Shown here in pieces: positions 22,115 through 30,755 of a stretch of 64,000 nucleotides of DNA; the stretch's first letter is position 1; each line of letters starts with the position of its first letter. Below the pieces are notes generated by a model. The model saw nothing but the letters and a program-made list of their open reading frames with translations, was not told the DNA's origin and searched no databases. Source of the DNA: Candidatus Saccharimonadales bacterium (lineage in GTDB: Bacteria; Patescibacteriota; UBA1384; 2-12-FULL-50-11); the NCBI GenBank assembly GCA_035480235.1, contig DATIHX010000011.1, positions 146-64,145 on the forward strand, read 5' to 3'. The translations under genes were made by a program, and so were the position numbers.

Positions 22115-23485
22115 ATGGCATTTTTCTCCCAGCGCACCCCCAACCCCCAACCAACCGGCCAACCGCCGAGCGCTCGGCCCCGCCTTTTGACACTCAAATG
22201 GGTGTTATGGTTTGTGGTCGTCGCCGTGATCGGTGTGGTCGCCTGGATCGGCATCTCCGGCGCTATCGCCATCAAAAATATCGTCGCCACCAATAATAAC
22301 GACGGCGCGCCGGCCGCCGTCCTCCACGCCTCTTTGAAACCGACCGATGTTCAAACCGAGGGCGACAGCCGGGTGAATATTTTACTGGCTGGCATCGGCG
22401 GCCCCGGCCACTCCGGGCCGGATCTGTCCGATACGCTCGAGGTTTATTCGATTGATCCGGTCAATAAAACCGCAGCTATCCTGTCGATTCCCCGCGATTT
22501 GTATGTCCCGCTGCCCGACGGCTCCCACGGCCGGATTAACGTGGTGAATACCCTCGGCAGTACTTATTGCCGAAAAACCGTTTGCGCCGCCGGCGTCGAT
22601 CAAGGCGGCGCGGCGATGGAGGGCGCGATCGGCCAGTTACTGGGCATCAACATCAACTATTTTGTCCGGATTAACTTCAGCGGCTTTCAACAGTTGGTCG
22701 ATAGCTTGAACGGCATCGACTTGACCGTCCCCACCGAGTTGCGCGACCCGCTCTACCCGTGCCCGGACCCGAGCACGGCCTACTGCCCAATTGATATTAA
22801 AGCCGGCGTCCACCATTTCGACGGCGTCACGGCTTTGAAATACGCTCGCTCGCGCGAAACCACCAGCGACTTCGCCCGGGCCGCTCGCCAACAATTAGTG
22901 ATCGCGGCGATTCGCCAAAAAGCCCAAACAGCCGGCGTCTTAGCTAACCCGGCGAAAATCACCCAAGTTTTAAACCTGCTCGGCCGCAACGCCCGCACCG
23001 ACATTCAGCCCTCGGAACTCTCGACCTTAGTTGGGCTGTTACAGGGCTTGAACAACAGCCAGACCGTTACTACCGTCTTGGATACTTCGGCCACCGGCCC
23101 GCTGACCAGCGCCGTTATCGGCGGCGCCGATGTGCTGGTGCCGCGCTTGGGTTTGAACGATTTCACCGGCGTCAAATTATTCGTGGACGCCGCCTTGAAA
23201 GACCCGTATATTCTGAAGGAGCAAGCAACAATCGCGATTGTTAATGCCTCGGGTAAAGCTGCTACCGGCCTGGCGGTGGAGACGCAACTGAAAGCCCTTG
23301 GCTACAACGTGATTAGCCTGACCGAAGGCCAAACGCAGCTAATTAGCACCGTCACCAACGCCAAAGCCAAGCCGTACACCGCCTCGCTTTTGCAAAAACG
23401 CTTCGCCGGCTCGTTTGTTAGCGCCACGATCAGCCAAACCACCGATATTGTGGTGACCGTCGGTAGCCGCTACAGTACGAAGTAA
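22115..23485 (+). CDS. LytR-CpsA-Psr (LCP) family cell-envelope phosphotransferase
   Basis: N-terminal TM segment, then NILLAGIGGPGHSGPDLSDTLEVYSIDP...ILSIPRDLYV and YARSRE blocks. Confidence 0.85.
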   Translation: MAFFSQRTPNPQPTGQPPSARPRLLTLKWVLWFVVVAVIGVVAWIGISGAIAIKNIVATNNNDGAPAAVLHASLKPTDVQTEGDSRVNILLAGIGGPGHSGPDLSDTLEVYSIDPVNKTAAILSIPRDLYVPLPDGSHGRINVVNTLGSTYCRKTVCAAGVDQGGAAMEGAIGQLLGININYFVRINFSGFQQLVDSLNGIDLTVPTELRDPLYPCPDPSTAYCPIDIKAGVHHFDGVTALKYARSRETTSDFARAARQQLVIAAIRQKAQTAGVLANPAKITQVLNLLGRNARTDIQPSELSTLVGLLQGLNNSQTVTTVLDTSATGPLTSAVIGGADVLVPRLGLNDFTGVKLFVDAALKDPYILKEQATIAIVNASGKAATGLAVETQLKALGYNVISLTEGQTQLISTVTNAKAKPYTASLLQKRFAGSFVSATISQTTDIVVTVGSRYSTK

Positions 23486-23489
23486 GCAT

Positions 23490-24068
23490 ATGCTTTCTTT
23501 TCTGCGACGAACGCCTTCAGTAATAGTTTTTTGGGTAATTTCCGCGGTGGCCACCGCCGTTATTTGGAACTCGTTGCCGTCGCTGGGCGCCCAGATTGGC
23601 CTAATCCTCTTTTTCGGGGTGATTGTGCTGGCGACTTTGAATAAATTTATGGAACTGCCCTTGGTGGCGACGGTCTTTTTCTCGATTTTACTGGTTAACG
23701 ATTGGCTGGTGGGCAGCCGCGTCTCGCCGATTTTCGGCACCTTTATTATCGTGGCCATTTTACCGACCATCGGGCTATTAAGCGAAATTATCGGCTACGA
23801 AGAGCTGCAAATTCGCCGGGCTCACTGGGCGTTACTCGGTTTATTGGTGGCGGAAGCCAACAGCCTTTTTTACTACTGGCCGGTTTCGTTTTTCAACCGG
23901 ACGCTCTTAACGGGCGTGGTTTTTTACGCCCTCTGGCAGCTACTGCGAATTAACGAAGAGCGGGCCCATTTGTCGTACCTGGCTCATTTTGCCTTTGTGG
24001 CGCTGGCTGTTATCCTGGTAGTTGGATTTATCTTATGGGCCAACTTCCCGCAATTAACCGTGTTTTAG
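23490..24068 (+). CDS. hypothetical polytopic membrane protein
   Basis: ORF track, 192 aa. About 6 hydrophobic segments. Confidence 0.5.
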   Translation: MLSFLRRTPSVIVFWVISAVATAVIWNSLPSLGAQIGLILFFGVIVLATLNKFMELPLVATVFFSILLVNDWLVGSRVSPIFGTFIIVAILPTIGLLSEIIGYEELQIRRAHWALLGLLVAEANSLFYYWPVSFFNRTLLTGVVFYALWQLLRINEERAHLSYLAHFAFVALAVILVVGFILWANFPQLTVF

Positions 24069-25075
24069 ATTTCATTGAAGCGGCGGCGCTCTTGGTTTGG
24101 CAAGCGCTAAAAATTACCGCGGAAGTGTTTTGGCGCTTTGTTGGTTGGTTGTGGAGCGAGCTGAAAATTCGCCTCCCGTTTGCCCGGGCTTTGGCGGCTC
24201 GCCATCTCAATAACCCAGCGACCTTAATTGAAGACGTCGCCCTGTTGGTTTTGGGGCTCTACGTCTTATTCGGCCTGATCGGCTACGGACTAGTTTATCA
24301 AGCCCGCTCCGAGAGCCGTTTCGCTGAAAATTTGTCGATTCTCTACCCGTTGCCAGCCGCCCGGGTCAACCACGGCTACATTTGGGATCACCAGTATCTG
24401 GAGCGGTTGCGGTTCTTAACCACCTTCGCCAAACAAGCGCCGGCTAATGCCAAACCGCCGACCGACCACCAGCTGCGCACCCAACTAATGGACGAGTTAA
24501 TCCAAGAGAAGGTGATTGTGGCCGAGGCCGAAAAACTAAAGGTTAGTGTCACTAGCCAAGAACTGATGGCTGCCTACGCCGAGCAGAAAAAACAGACGCC
24601 GGATTTTGAGAAAAAATTGAAACAGCTTTACGGCATGAGCCCGAGCCAGTTCCAGGACATTTTAGCTAACCAACTTCTGAAAGCGAAAGTTGAAAATAAC
24701 CAAATTATCCGCGTTCACGTCCGCCATATTTTAGTCACAACGCCGCAAGCGGCCGCAGCGGCCGAAAGCGCGCTGAAGGGCGGGACGAGCTTTGCCGACG
24801 CCGCCAAGCAGTTTAGCCAAGACGCTCAAACGAAAGATAAGGGCGGCGACCTGGGCATCTGGGCTAAGGGTGAGTTAGCTGCCCAAATTGCTCAAAATTT
24901 TGAGGACGCGGCCTTTAGTTTGCCGGTCAATCAACTATCTGACCCGATTCAAACCAAATTCGGCTATCATATCATTCAAGTGACCGAAAAAACCGGTGAA
25001 AAACCGCTGTCGTTCAACGATTGGTACATCGCCGCGCTGAAAAGCTACTCGATCAAAACCTACATCCCGTTGTAG
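24035..25075 (+). CDS. membrane-anchored parvulin-type peptidyl-prolyl isomerase (PrsA/SurA-like)
   Basis: VRHILV...GGDLGIWAKGEL...FGYHIIQV PpiC motifs. Confidence 0.8.
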   Translation: MGQLPAINRVLDFIEAAALLVWQALKITAEVFWRFVGWLWSELKIRLPFARALAARHLNNPATLIEDVALLVLGLYVLFGLIGYGLVYQARSESRFAENLSILYPLPAARVNHGYIWDHQYLERLRFLTTFAKQAPANAKPPTDHQLRTQLMDELIQEKVIVAEAEKLKVSVTSQELMAAYAEQKKQTPDFEKKLKQLYGMSPSQFQDILANQLLKAKVENNQIIRVHVRHILVTTPQAAAAAESALKGGTSFADAAKQFSQDAQTKDKGGDLGIWAKGELAAQIAQNFEDAAFSLPVNQLSDPIQTKFGYHIIQVTEKTGEKPLSFNDWYIAALKSYSIKTYIPL

Positions 25076-25139
25076 CTCTGCCTAGATTTTCTCCCTGTTT
25101 TTTGAGAAAATATACCTTGTTCGCCCTTTTGTTTTGGAA

Positions 25140-25166
25140 TTTGCACTCGTAGCTTAGCCTGGCTTA
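25140..25166 (+). pseudogene. 5' fragment of tRNA-Asp (acceptor 5' strand to D-loop)
   Basis: 27/27 nt identical to 25217-25243 (TTTGCACTCGTAGCTTAGCCTGGCTTA). Sequence diverges afterwards. Confidence 0.8.
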
Positions 25167-25219
25167 CGACGAGCAGCACAGCTGCGAGGGGCAAGCCAGG
25201 ATTTTAACAGTTTTATTTT

Positions 25220-25295
25220 GCACTCGTAGCTTAGCCTGGCTTAAAGCGCCTCCCTGTCACGGAGGAGATCGCCGGTTCGAATCCGGTCGAGTGCG
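25220..25295 (+). tRNA. tRNA-Asp (GUC)
   Basis: GCACTCGTAGCTTAGCCTGGCTTAAAGCGCCTCCCTGTCACGGAGGAGATCGCCGGTTCGAATCCGGTCGAGTGCG, with anticodon loop CTGTCAC. Confidence 0.9.
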
Positions 25296-25304
25296 CAAAG
25301 CAGG

Positions 25305-25330
25305 AATCCGCTTTCGGCGGATTTTTGTTT
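25305..25330 (+). terminator. terminator after tRNA-Asp
   Basis: AATCCGC-TTTCG-GCGGATT followed by TTTGTTTT. Confidence 0.6.
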
Positions 25331-25377
25331 TGTGCGTTGACGGTTCGAAACCGTAGGTTCGGTAACGACAAAGTGCA

Positions 25378-25414
25378 ACGGAGGAGTTTCTAGCTCTTCC
25401 GGTCGAGTGCGCCA
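25378..25414 (+). pseudogene. degenerate 3' half of tRNA-Asp ending in CCA
   Basis: ACGGAGGAG (matches 25259-25267) plus TCCGGTCGAGTGCGC (matches 25282-25296) followed by CA. The T-arm is replaced by TTTCTAGCTCT. Confidence 0.7.
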
Positions 25415-25489
25415 ATTTGACATTTTCAGCCTTTCTCGGCAGGCTGGTTATAACGGTTCGGGAAAATAACTTTCAAACAAGGAGGAATA

Positions 25490-25744
25490 ATGGACGAGAA
25501 TAAAAACGAGATGCCAAAAATGGACGAAAAACCAGCGATGCCGGCCGCAGCGCCGATGACGAACGACAAACCGGCCGCGGGTTACGACGACAAGGGCGGT
25601 TACGGTAAAAAAGGTAGCTGGGGCAAATGGGTACTAATTTACGTGGTCATCGCGGTGGTCGTGTACGGCTTGATTTATTGGTGGTACAAGAGCGCTCATA
25701 AAACTACGACAACTGGTGGCACGACCAGCGGCAGCATCTACTAG
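25490..25744 (+). CDS. small membrane protein, hypothetical
   Basis: ORF track, 84 aa. SD AAGGAGG. One TM segment (WVLIYVVIAVVVYGLIYWW). Confidence 0.5.
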   Translation: MDENKNEMPKMDEKPAMPAAAPMTNDKPAAGYDDKGGYGKKGSWGKWVLIYVVIAVVVYGLIYWWYKSAHKTTTTGGTTSGSIY

Positions 25745-25776
25745 CTTGCAGCTCGGTTTTCTGGCATCGTTGACGG

Positions 25777-26454
25777 GTGACAGATTTCGAAATAAAAGTT
25801 AAGCGCTTACGAGCCGCTCGGCGGCTTCGTTTGCGAGTTTTAGATTCTGGTGAGGTCGTCGTCACCTGCCCAATCCGGGCGCCGCAGCGCTACATTGACG
25901 AATTTGTGGCCGACAATACCGATTGGATCGCTGAGCACCGAGCTAAAGCTCAAACCAAGCTAAATGCGCTGACCGCCCACCGCGACCGGTTATTTTTTCG
26001 CGGCGTTGAACACGATTTCCGGCTAACCGTTTCGTCCACCGGGAAAGAAGGCGTGGAAATTGCCGCCAACAAATTATTAGTAACGGCTCGGGCCGAAGAC
26101 CACTCTCACGTCCGGCAGGTGTTGGAAAAATGGTATCGCGCTCAGGCCGAAATTCATTTTAAAAAAAGGCTGCCGCTCTTGGCCGATCTCGTTAACCGTG
26201 ACGTCAAAACGGTGACGATCCGCTCGCAGCGAACCCGCTGGGGTTCGTGTTCCAGCCGCGATACTATCTCGCTCAACTGGCGGTTGATTATGGCGCCGGA
26301 TTCGGTGAGTGATTATGTTATTTACCACGAGCTGGCTCACCTCACCCACATGAACCACTCAACCCGCTTTTGGAAATTGGTGGCAGAATACTGCCCAAAT
26401 TACGAGGCAGCGGAAAAGTGGCTGAAAGACCATCATTCTCTGTTACAATTCTGA
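25777..26454 (+). CDS. YgjP-like (DUF45/M48-type) zinc metallohydrolase
   Basis: RWGSCS...ISLNWRL...VIYHELAHLTHMNHSTRFW (HExxH). Confidence 0.75.
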   Translation: MTDFEIKVKRLRAARRLRLRVLDSGEVVVTCPIRAPQRYIDEFVADNTDWIAEHRAKAQTKLNALTAHRDRLFFRGVEHDFRLTVSSTGKEGVEIAANKLLVTARAEDHSHVRQVLEKWYRAQAEIHFKKRLPLLADLVNRDVKTVTIRSQRTRWGSCSSRDTISLNWRLIMAPDSVSDYVIYHELAHLTHMNHSTRFWKLVAEYCPNYEAAEKWLKDHHSLLQF

Positions 26455-26455
26455 A

Positions 26456-26806
26456 ATGGCAATAATCACCCAGAAAGAGCCGTTTACTAAAGAGCAAGTT
26501 GAAAAACTCCTAGGCGAGTTTCCCGAATACATAAAAACCGTCATCGACATCGACAAAAAAATTTGTTCGGCCGGCGCTAACCGTCATTTTGAGTCAGAAG
26601 AAGCTTTAATTAAACAAGGTTCAAAACAAAATGATTTGTGGGGCGGCGGGGTTGACGTGGAAACTAAGGAGATCAATATCGATTCAATGATTAATATCCG
26701 GCCAGCCCTCGATAATAGAAGTAACCAAATCCAAGACCCGGCCATCCGTGAAAAGTTCGAGGAGTTAACTCGTTATTTTTTTCCAACTATTTTCAATGAA
26801 GCATGA
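26456..26806 (+). CDS. hypothetical protein
   Basis: ORF track, 116 aa. Tightly packed after the preceding gene. Confidence 0.45.
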   Translation: MAIITQKEPFTKEQVEKLLGEFPEYIKTVIDIDKKICSAGANRHFESEEALIKQGSKQNDLWGGGVDVETKEINIDSMINIRPALDNRSNQIQDPAIREKFEELTRYFFPTIFNEA

Positions 26807-27081
26807 CTAACCAAAATATCTTGGCGCTTGGCTCAACGGCCCAAGATTTGAAACGTGTCGCTACTTTCATCGCCCGTGGTTCTAACGATAACGCTAAACG
26901 TTTTTTGGATGAAGCAAAAAAGAACGCCCAACAAGCAAATTCCGGCTATCTTCGGTTTTACTTAATAAACCGGTTGAAAGAAGTCTCTGAGCTTGAATAT
27001 ATTCCTGGTAGCGACGAACTTGCTGAAAGAGCTTTAACAATTGGTGTCATTCTTCAAAACGCGGTTTTAGCTAACAGCTAG
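26803..27081 (+). CDS. hypothetical protein
   Basis: ORF track, 92 aa. 4-nt overlap with the previous ORF. Confidence 0.4.
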   Translation: MTNQNILALGSTAQDLKRVATFIARGSNDNAKRFLDEAKKNAQQANSGYLRFYLINRLKEVSELEYIPGSDELAERALTIGVILQNAVLANS

Positions 27082-27150
27082 CAATTGAATGACCACAGGT
27101 TGTTACAGTTTTAAAAAACCCGCCAATTGGCGGGTCTGGTCATCGGTCAT

Positions 27151-27708
27151 TTAGACCGGAACTGGTTGACGAGCTAACTCGTGTAAGGCCACGATGAGGT
27201 TGAGCATCTCCCAAGCGCCGTTGAATACGGAGAACTTAAGGAAGGCGGTGACGATCCCACGAGATAGATTGTCGGGATTGTCGGGGACGCTCTGGATCGA
27301 CACCTCCCAAAGCGTATAACCGTCGCTCCTCCGCCGACCGGTGCTGTCGTGTAGTCGACAGCTAACTCGGTGACCTCGGTGATACGAGCCAATCGAAGAA
27401 TATCGGTCAAATAACTTATCTTCGACCAAACTTCGGCCGCCCCATTCTGAGTAGTCGTCCAGAAGCGCTGAGAGGCGGCATAGAGCCATAGCGAGAGAGA
27501 GCGTAAAAGGCTCCGGACAGAACCACCAATATGTCTCCCTAAACTTCTGCGATTCTTTCGGCTCATTTACGAGGCGGGTAATCAAGGCCACGAACTCAAC
27601 GGCATCTATCGGTTCGTTCTCCGTGAAAGGCAATACTGTTAAAGCTTCCAACTGATCACCTCCATGATCTAGCGATAGTATAAGCGGAAATACCGAGATA
27701 TTCAACAA
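27151..27708 (-). CDS. hypothetical protein
   Basis: ORF track, 185 aa. No motif recognised. Confidence 0.45.
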   Translation of the reverse strand: MLNISVFPLILSLDHGGDQLEALTVLPFTENEPIDAVEFVALITRLVNEPKESQKFRETYWWFCPEPFTLSLAMALCRLSALLDDYSEWGGRSLVEDKLFDRYSSIGSYHRGHRVSCRLHDSTGRRRSDGYTLWEVSIQSVPDNPDNLSRGIVTAFLKFSVFNGAWEMLNLIVALHELARQPVPV

Positions 27709-27716
27709 GCCGAGAG

Positions 27717-28784
27717 CTAAACGTTGAAAAGAAATTCTATAACGTCGCCGTCTTTGACGACGTAGTCTTTGCCTTCAGAGCGGAGTTTGCCGGCATCACG
27801 GATAGCTTTTTCGCTGACGAGGGTTTGCAAATCGGTGACGTTAAAAACTTCGGCCCGGATGAAGCCGCGTTCAAAATCGGTGTGGATTTTGCCAGCCGCT
27901 TGGGGCGCCTTCGTCCCTTTTTCGATCGTCCACGCGTGCGCTTCGGTTGGGCCGGCGGTGAAAAATGTTTCTAAATTGAGCAGCTGGTAGCCGGCGGTAA
28001 TAACTTCCGCCAGGCCAGATTTAAGCCCCAATTCTTGGCGGTATTCGGCTTGGTCGGCGGCTGGCAGCGCCACAATTTCACTTTCAGCTTTAACGGAAAT
28101 TTCCACCACTTTGGCTTGTTCTTTCTCAGCGTGCGTCCGGATTTTTTGGACTAATTCTCCGTTCGGTTTTTCACCAACGTTGGCAACATAAAGCAGCGGT
28201 TTGGCGGTTAGAAAATTGTAGGATTTTAATTCGACGCATAATTCAGGATTGAGCCGTAGCGGCTGGTCGGCGTTCAACATCGCCACCGCTTTTTCCAAAA
28301 CCGGCTGAAGTTTCAGCGCTTCTTTGTCTTGGCGTTTCACTTTGTCGGCAATCAGTTGCAGGCTCTTGTTGACTTGTTCTAAGTCGGCGAGTAAAAGTTC
28401 GGTGTTGATCGTTAAAATATCGTCGCTGGGGTCAACTTTACCAGCGACGTGGATAATGTCGCCGTTTTCAAAGCAGCGGACGACTTCAGCGATGGCGTCA
28501 CAGCCGCGAATGTGGCTCAAGAATTTATTACCCAAGCCTTCGCCGGCCGAAGCGCCTTTCACCAGCCCAGCAATATCAACAAATTTAATCGTCGCTGGCA
28601 CCGTTTTGGCCGACTGGTAAGTTTTAGTGAGAAATTCCAAGCGCTCGTCTGGCACAGCCACAATCCCCACGTTCGGCTCGATGGTGGTAAACGGGAAATT
28701 CGACGCTGCAGCGTTGGACGCGGTTAAGGCGTTAAAAAGTGACGACTTGCCAACATTGGGCAGACCAACAATTGCAACTTCCAT
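27717..28784 (-). CDS. ychF: ribosome-binding ATPase YchF
   Basis: VAIVGLPNVGKSSLFNALT P-loop, with TGS-like C-terminus ...DYVVKDGDVIEFLFNV. Confidence 0.95.
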   Translation of the reverse strand: MEVAIVGLPNVGKSSLFNALTASNAAASNFPFTTIEPNVGIVAVPDERLEFLTKTYQSAKTVPATIKFVDIAGLVKGASAGEGLGNKFLSHIRGCDAIAEVVRCFENGDIIHVAGKVDPSDDILTINTELLLADLEQVNKSLQLIADKVKRQDKEALKLQPVLEKAVAMLNADQPLRLNPELCVELKSYNFLTAKPLLYVANVGEKPNGELVQKIRTHAEKEQAKVVEISVKAESEIVALPAADQAEYRQELGLKSGLAEVITAGYQLLNLETFFTAGPTEAHAWTIEKGTKAPQAAGKIHTDFERGFIRAEVFNVTDLQTLVSEKAIRDAGKLRSEGKDYVVKDGDVIEFLFNV

Positions 28785-28863
28785 GATAGGTTACATTGTA
28801 ACTCGTTTACTGCCGAGCGTCACGATGTTTGACGGCGAAAACTTTTTGGCGTACAAGAAATCT

Positions 28864-29352
28864 ATGCCTAAAACAAAGAAAACCGCCAAAAAAACGACTT
28901 CGCGTTCCACCGCTCGCACTACTAAAAGTATTTCCAAAAAGACTTCTCCACAAGCAAATACCGCCCGATCGACAACGCCGAAACTCACCCCGACCATCGA
29001 CCGAGCTCGCAGCTTTTTCCTAATTATCATATTGCTAGTGGCCGCGGCTGGCGTCTTTATGCTGGTGCCAAAACAAACTCACACCTCCGCCACTACCGCC
29101 GCCTTGCAACATGTGGTTACCTATCGCGGCGAAGACGGCAAAAATGCGCTGGATCTTTTGAAAGCCCATCACCAGGTCGCCGCCCAACAATTTAGTATCG
29201 GCGCGTTCGTAACATCAGTTGACGGCATCAGCGCCCCGCCTAATTATTTTTGGGCGTTTTCGGTCAACGGCAAACCATCAGACGTGGGCGCCGACACCTA
29301 CATTACGAAAAACTCGGATACGTTGAGTTGGCGCTTAGAGAAGATTCAGTAA
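28864..29352 (+). CDS. membrane-anchored DUF4430-like protein
   Basis: The C-terminus ALDLLKAHH...FVTSVDGISAPPNYFWAFSVNGKPSDVGADTYITKNSDTLSW resembles the DUF4430 pattern. Start uncertain (28825 or 28864). The track start at 28627 overlaps ychF antisense. Confidence 0.55.
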   Translation: MPKTKKTAKKTTSRSTARTTKSISKKTSPQANTARSTTPKLTPTIDRARSFFLIIILLVAAAGVFMLVPKQTHTSATTAALQHVVTYRGEDGKNALDLLKAHHQVAAQQFSIGAFVTSVDGISAPPNYFWAFSVNGKPSDVGADTYITKNSDTLSWRLEKIQ

Positions 29353-29390
29353 AAATCTTTAGCCGCCGAGCGGCAATTCTTCATTGGAAA

Positions 29391-29522
29391 GGACAGGGGC
29401 TCAGAGTTGCGAAGGCCGCCCCTATCCTCTCCACTCCAACCGGGCCACGCTTCCCACGGGGTGACGAGAAAACCAGCCCGCTCATCGGGAAGGGTCACCG
29501 TAATCCGGGCTGGTTTTCGAGA
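29391..29522 (+). other. unclassified structured region (hairpin + pseudoknot-capable terminator-like stem)
   Basis: GGAcAGGGGC/GCCCCTaTCC hairpin. GGTGAC...GTCACC is interleaved with the 12-bp stem AAAACCAGCCCG/CGGGCTGGTTTT. Confidence 0.35.
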
Positions 29523-29554
29523 CTATTTTATTGGCGGCAAATCAAGCCGACCGA

Positions 29555-29583
29555 TTGACTTTATTGCAGACAAGATATACAAT
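29555..29583 (+). promoter_or_regulatory. promoter (TTGACT-17-TACAAT) for the M23 peptidase gene
   Basis: The -35 box is at 29555-29560 and the -10 box at 29578-29583. The ATG at 29598 lies only ~8 nt from the predicted start site. Confidence 0.5.
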
Positions 29584-29597
29584 ATACTCCGTAATAG

Positions 29598-30203
29598 ATG
29601 ACTGGCTCAGATCAGGAAACTATTCGAGGGAGGTTTCGAAGCGTGGACTTTAAAAGCGTTCAGCAACAAGCAAATAACCCAATATGGGACAACGAGCCAA
29701 GCAAGCTCGTCTACGATCGGCCGGCTCCCAACGCCAATGCTCTGATCTTTGAGGACGACAAGTTGCTCGAAGGCATTCCAGACAAGGAGTTGGGAACTAA
29801 CGGATTGTTCATGACGGCAGCTAGCCCATTGTCACATATCGGTCCGTACAAAAACGCGATCGACTTCCTGATCTACGACGGCACACCGGTCTTGGCTGCA
29901 TATGACGGTGTGATCACCGAGGTTAAGGAGGACTCCCGTAAGTGGGGCGACGGTGAAAAATTTAGGGATCACCTGAACTACATCACCGTTCAGCACGGCG
30001 AGGAGTTCACGCAGTACTGCCATCTGGCCAAGAACTCAGTTCGCAAGTTAGGTCTCAAGGTCGGCGACCAAGTGACCAAGGGGCAACAGATTGCAACTGT
30101 CGGTAAAACCGGCTGGACCGACCGAGATCACCTGCACTTCATCGTTTTTCGAAGCGATAACAACCAATTTGGCTTCAAAAGCCTCGTACCACGGTTCTAC
30201 TAA
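29598..30203 (+). CDS. M23-family metallopeptidase
   Basis: YCHLAKNSV...VGDQVTKGQQIATVGKTGWTDRDHLHFIVF (the HxH block of the LytM/M23 family). Confidence 0.8.
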   Translation: MTGSDQETIRGRFRSVDFKSVQQQANNPIWDNEPSKLVYDRPAPNANALIFEDDKLLEGIPDKELGTNGLFMTAASPLSHIGPYKNAIDFLIYDGTPVLAAYDGVITEVKEDSRKWGDGEKFRDHLNYITVQHGEEFTQYCHLAKNSVRKLGLKVGDQVTKGQQIATVGKTGWTDRDHLHFIVFRSDNNQFGFKSLVPRFY

Positions 30204-30270
30204 ATATCGTGGACTTCCGCCACCGAGAAATCGGTGGCCATTTTTTATACAATTTTACCGACGGCGCCAA

Positions 30271-30714
30271 TTATCGTCTACGAAACAGTTCTTCGTTAAT
30301 CCGACGAGTAGTGTCTTTCTTTTTAATTATTTCGCGTTTGTCGTATTTCTTTTTGCGTTCGGCTAGGCCGATTTTGAGTTTGGCGAGACCGCGTTTTAAG
30401 TAGAGTTCTAGTGGTACAACGGTAAATTCGCCAACTGACAGTTTGCCGATAATCCGTTCAATTTCTTGGCGGTGCATCAAGATTTTTTTACTGCGGGTTT
30501 GGTCGCCGTTTTCAATGTTGAAATGCGAGCCGATCCACCACAGCTCGGTTTTGCCTTCGGGTGAAGTGAACGGCTTGACGTAGCTGCCGGTAATATTGAC
30601 CCGCTTGGCCCGAATGGCTTTAATCTCCAGACCGGTTAAGGCTACGCCCGCCTCCCAGTCTTCTAAAATCTGGTAGTCGAAAAAGGCCTTTTTGTTACCA
30701 GCGATCGGTTTCAT
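30271..30714 (-). CDS. smpB: SsrA-binding protein
   Basis: NKKAFFDYQILE...AGVALTGLEIKAIR...LKIGLAERKKKYDKRE. Confidence 0.95.
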   Translation of the reverse strand: MKPIAGNKKAFFDYQILEDWEAGVALTGLEIKAIRAKRVNITGSYVKPFTSPEGKTELWWIGSHFNIENGDQTRSKKILMHRQEIERIIGKLSVGEFTVVPLELYLKRGLAKLKIGLAERKKKYDKREIIKKKDTTRRINEELFRRR

Positions 30715-30755
30715 CTAGTTCTATTTTAGCCTATTTCTTGATAGAATTTGCTTAC

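Noticed and set aside
25241-25423. A 60-aa minus-strand ORF.
   Set aside because: It overlaps tRNA-Asp, its terminator and the tRNA 3' remnant, so it is not a plausible CDS.
28627-28863. The upstream part of the 241-aa plus-strand ORF overlapping ychF.
   Set aside because: It is antisense to the highly conserved ychF N-terminus. The DUF4430-like protein most plausibly starts at 28825 or 28864, after the ychF start.
29391-29522. Assignment of the structured region to a known riboswitch class (c-di-AMP/ydaO because of the downstream cell-wall hydrolase, or TPP because of a GGGGCTCAGAG segment).
   Set aside because: Only short, imperfect resemblances to the consensus cores that I remember. CUCAGAG is not the CUGAGA of TPP, and the paired ACGGGG/CCCGAA pseudo-symmetric cores of ydaO are not both present. 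A promoter for the downstream gene also appears to lie after the structure.
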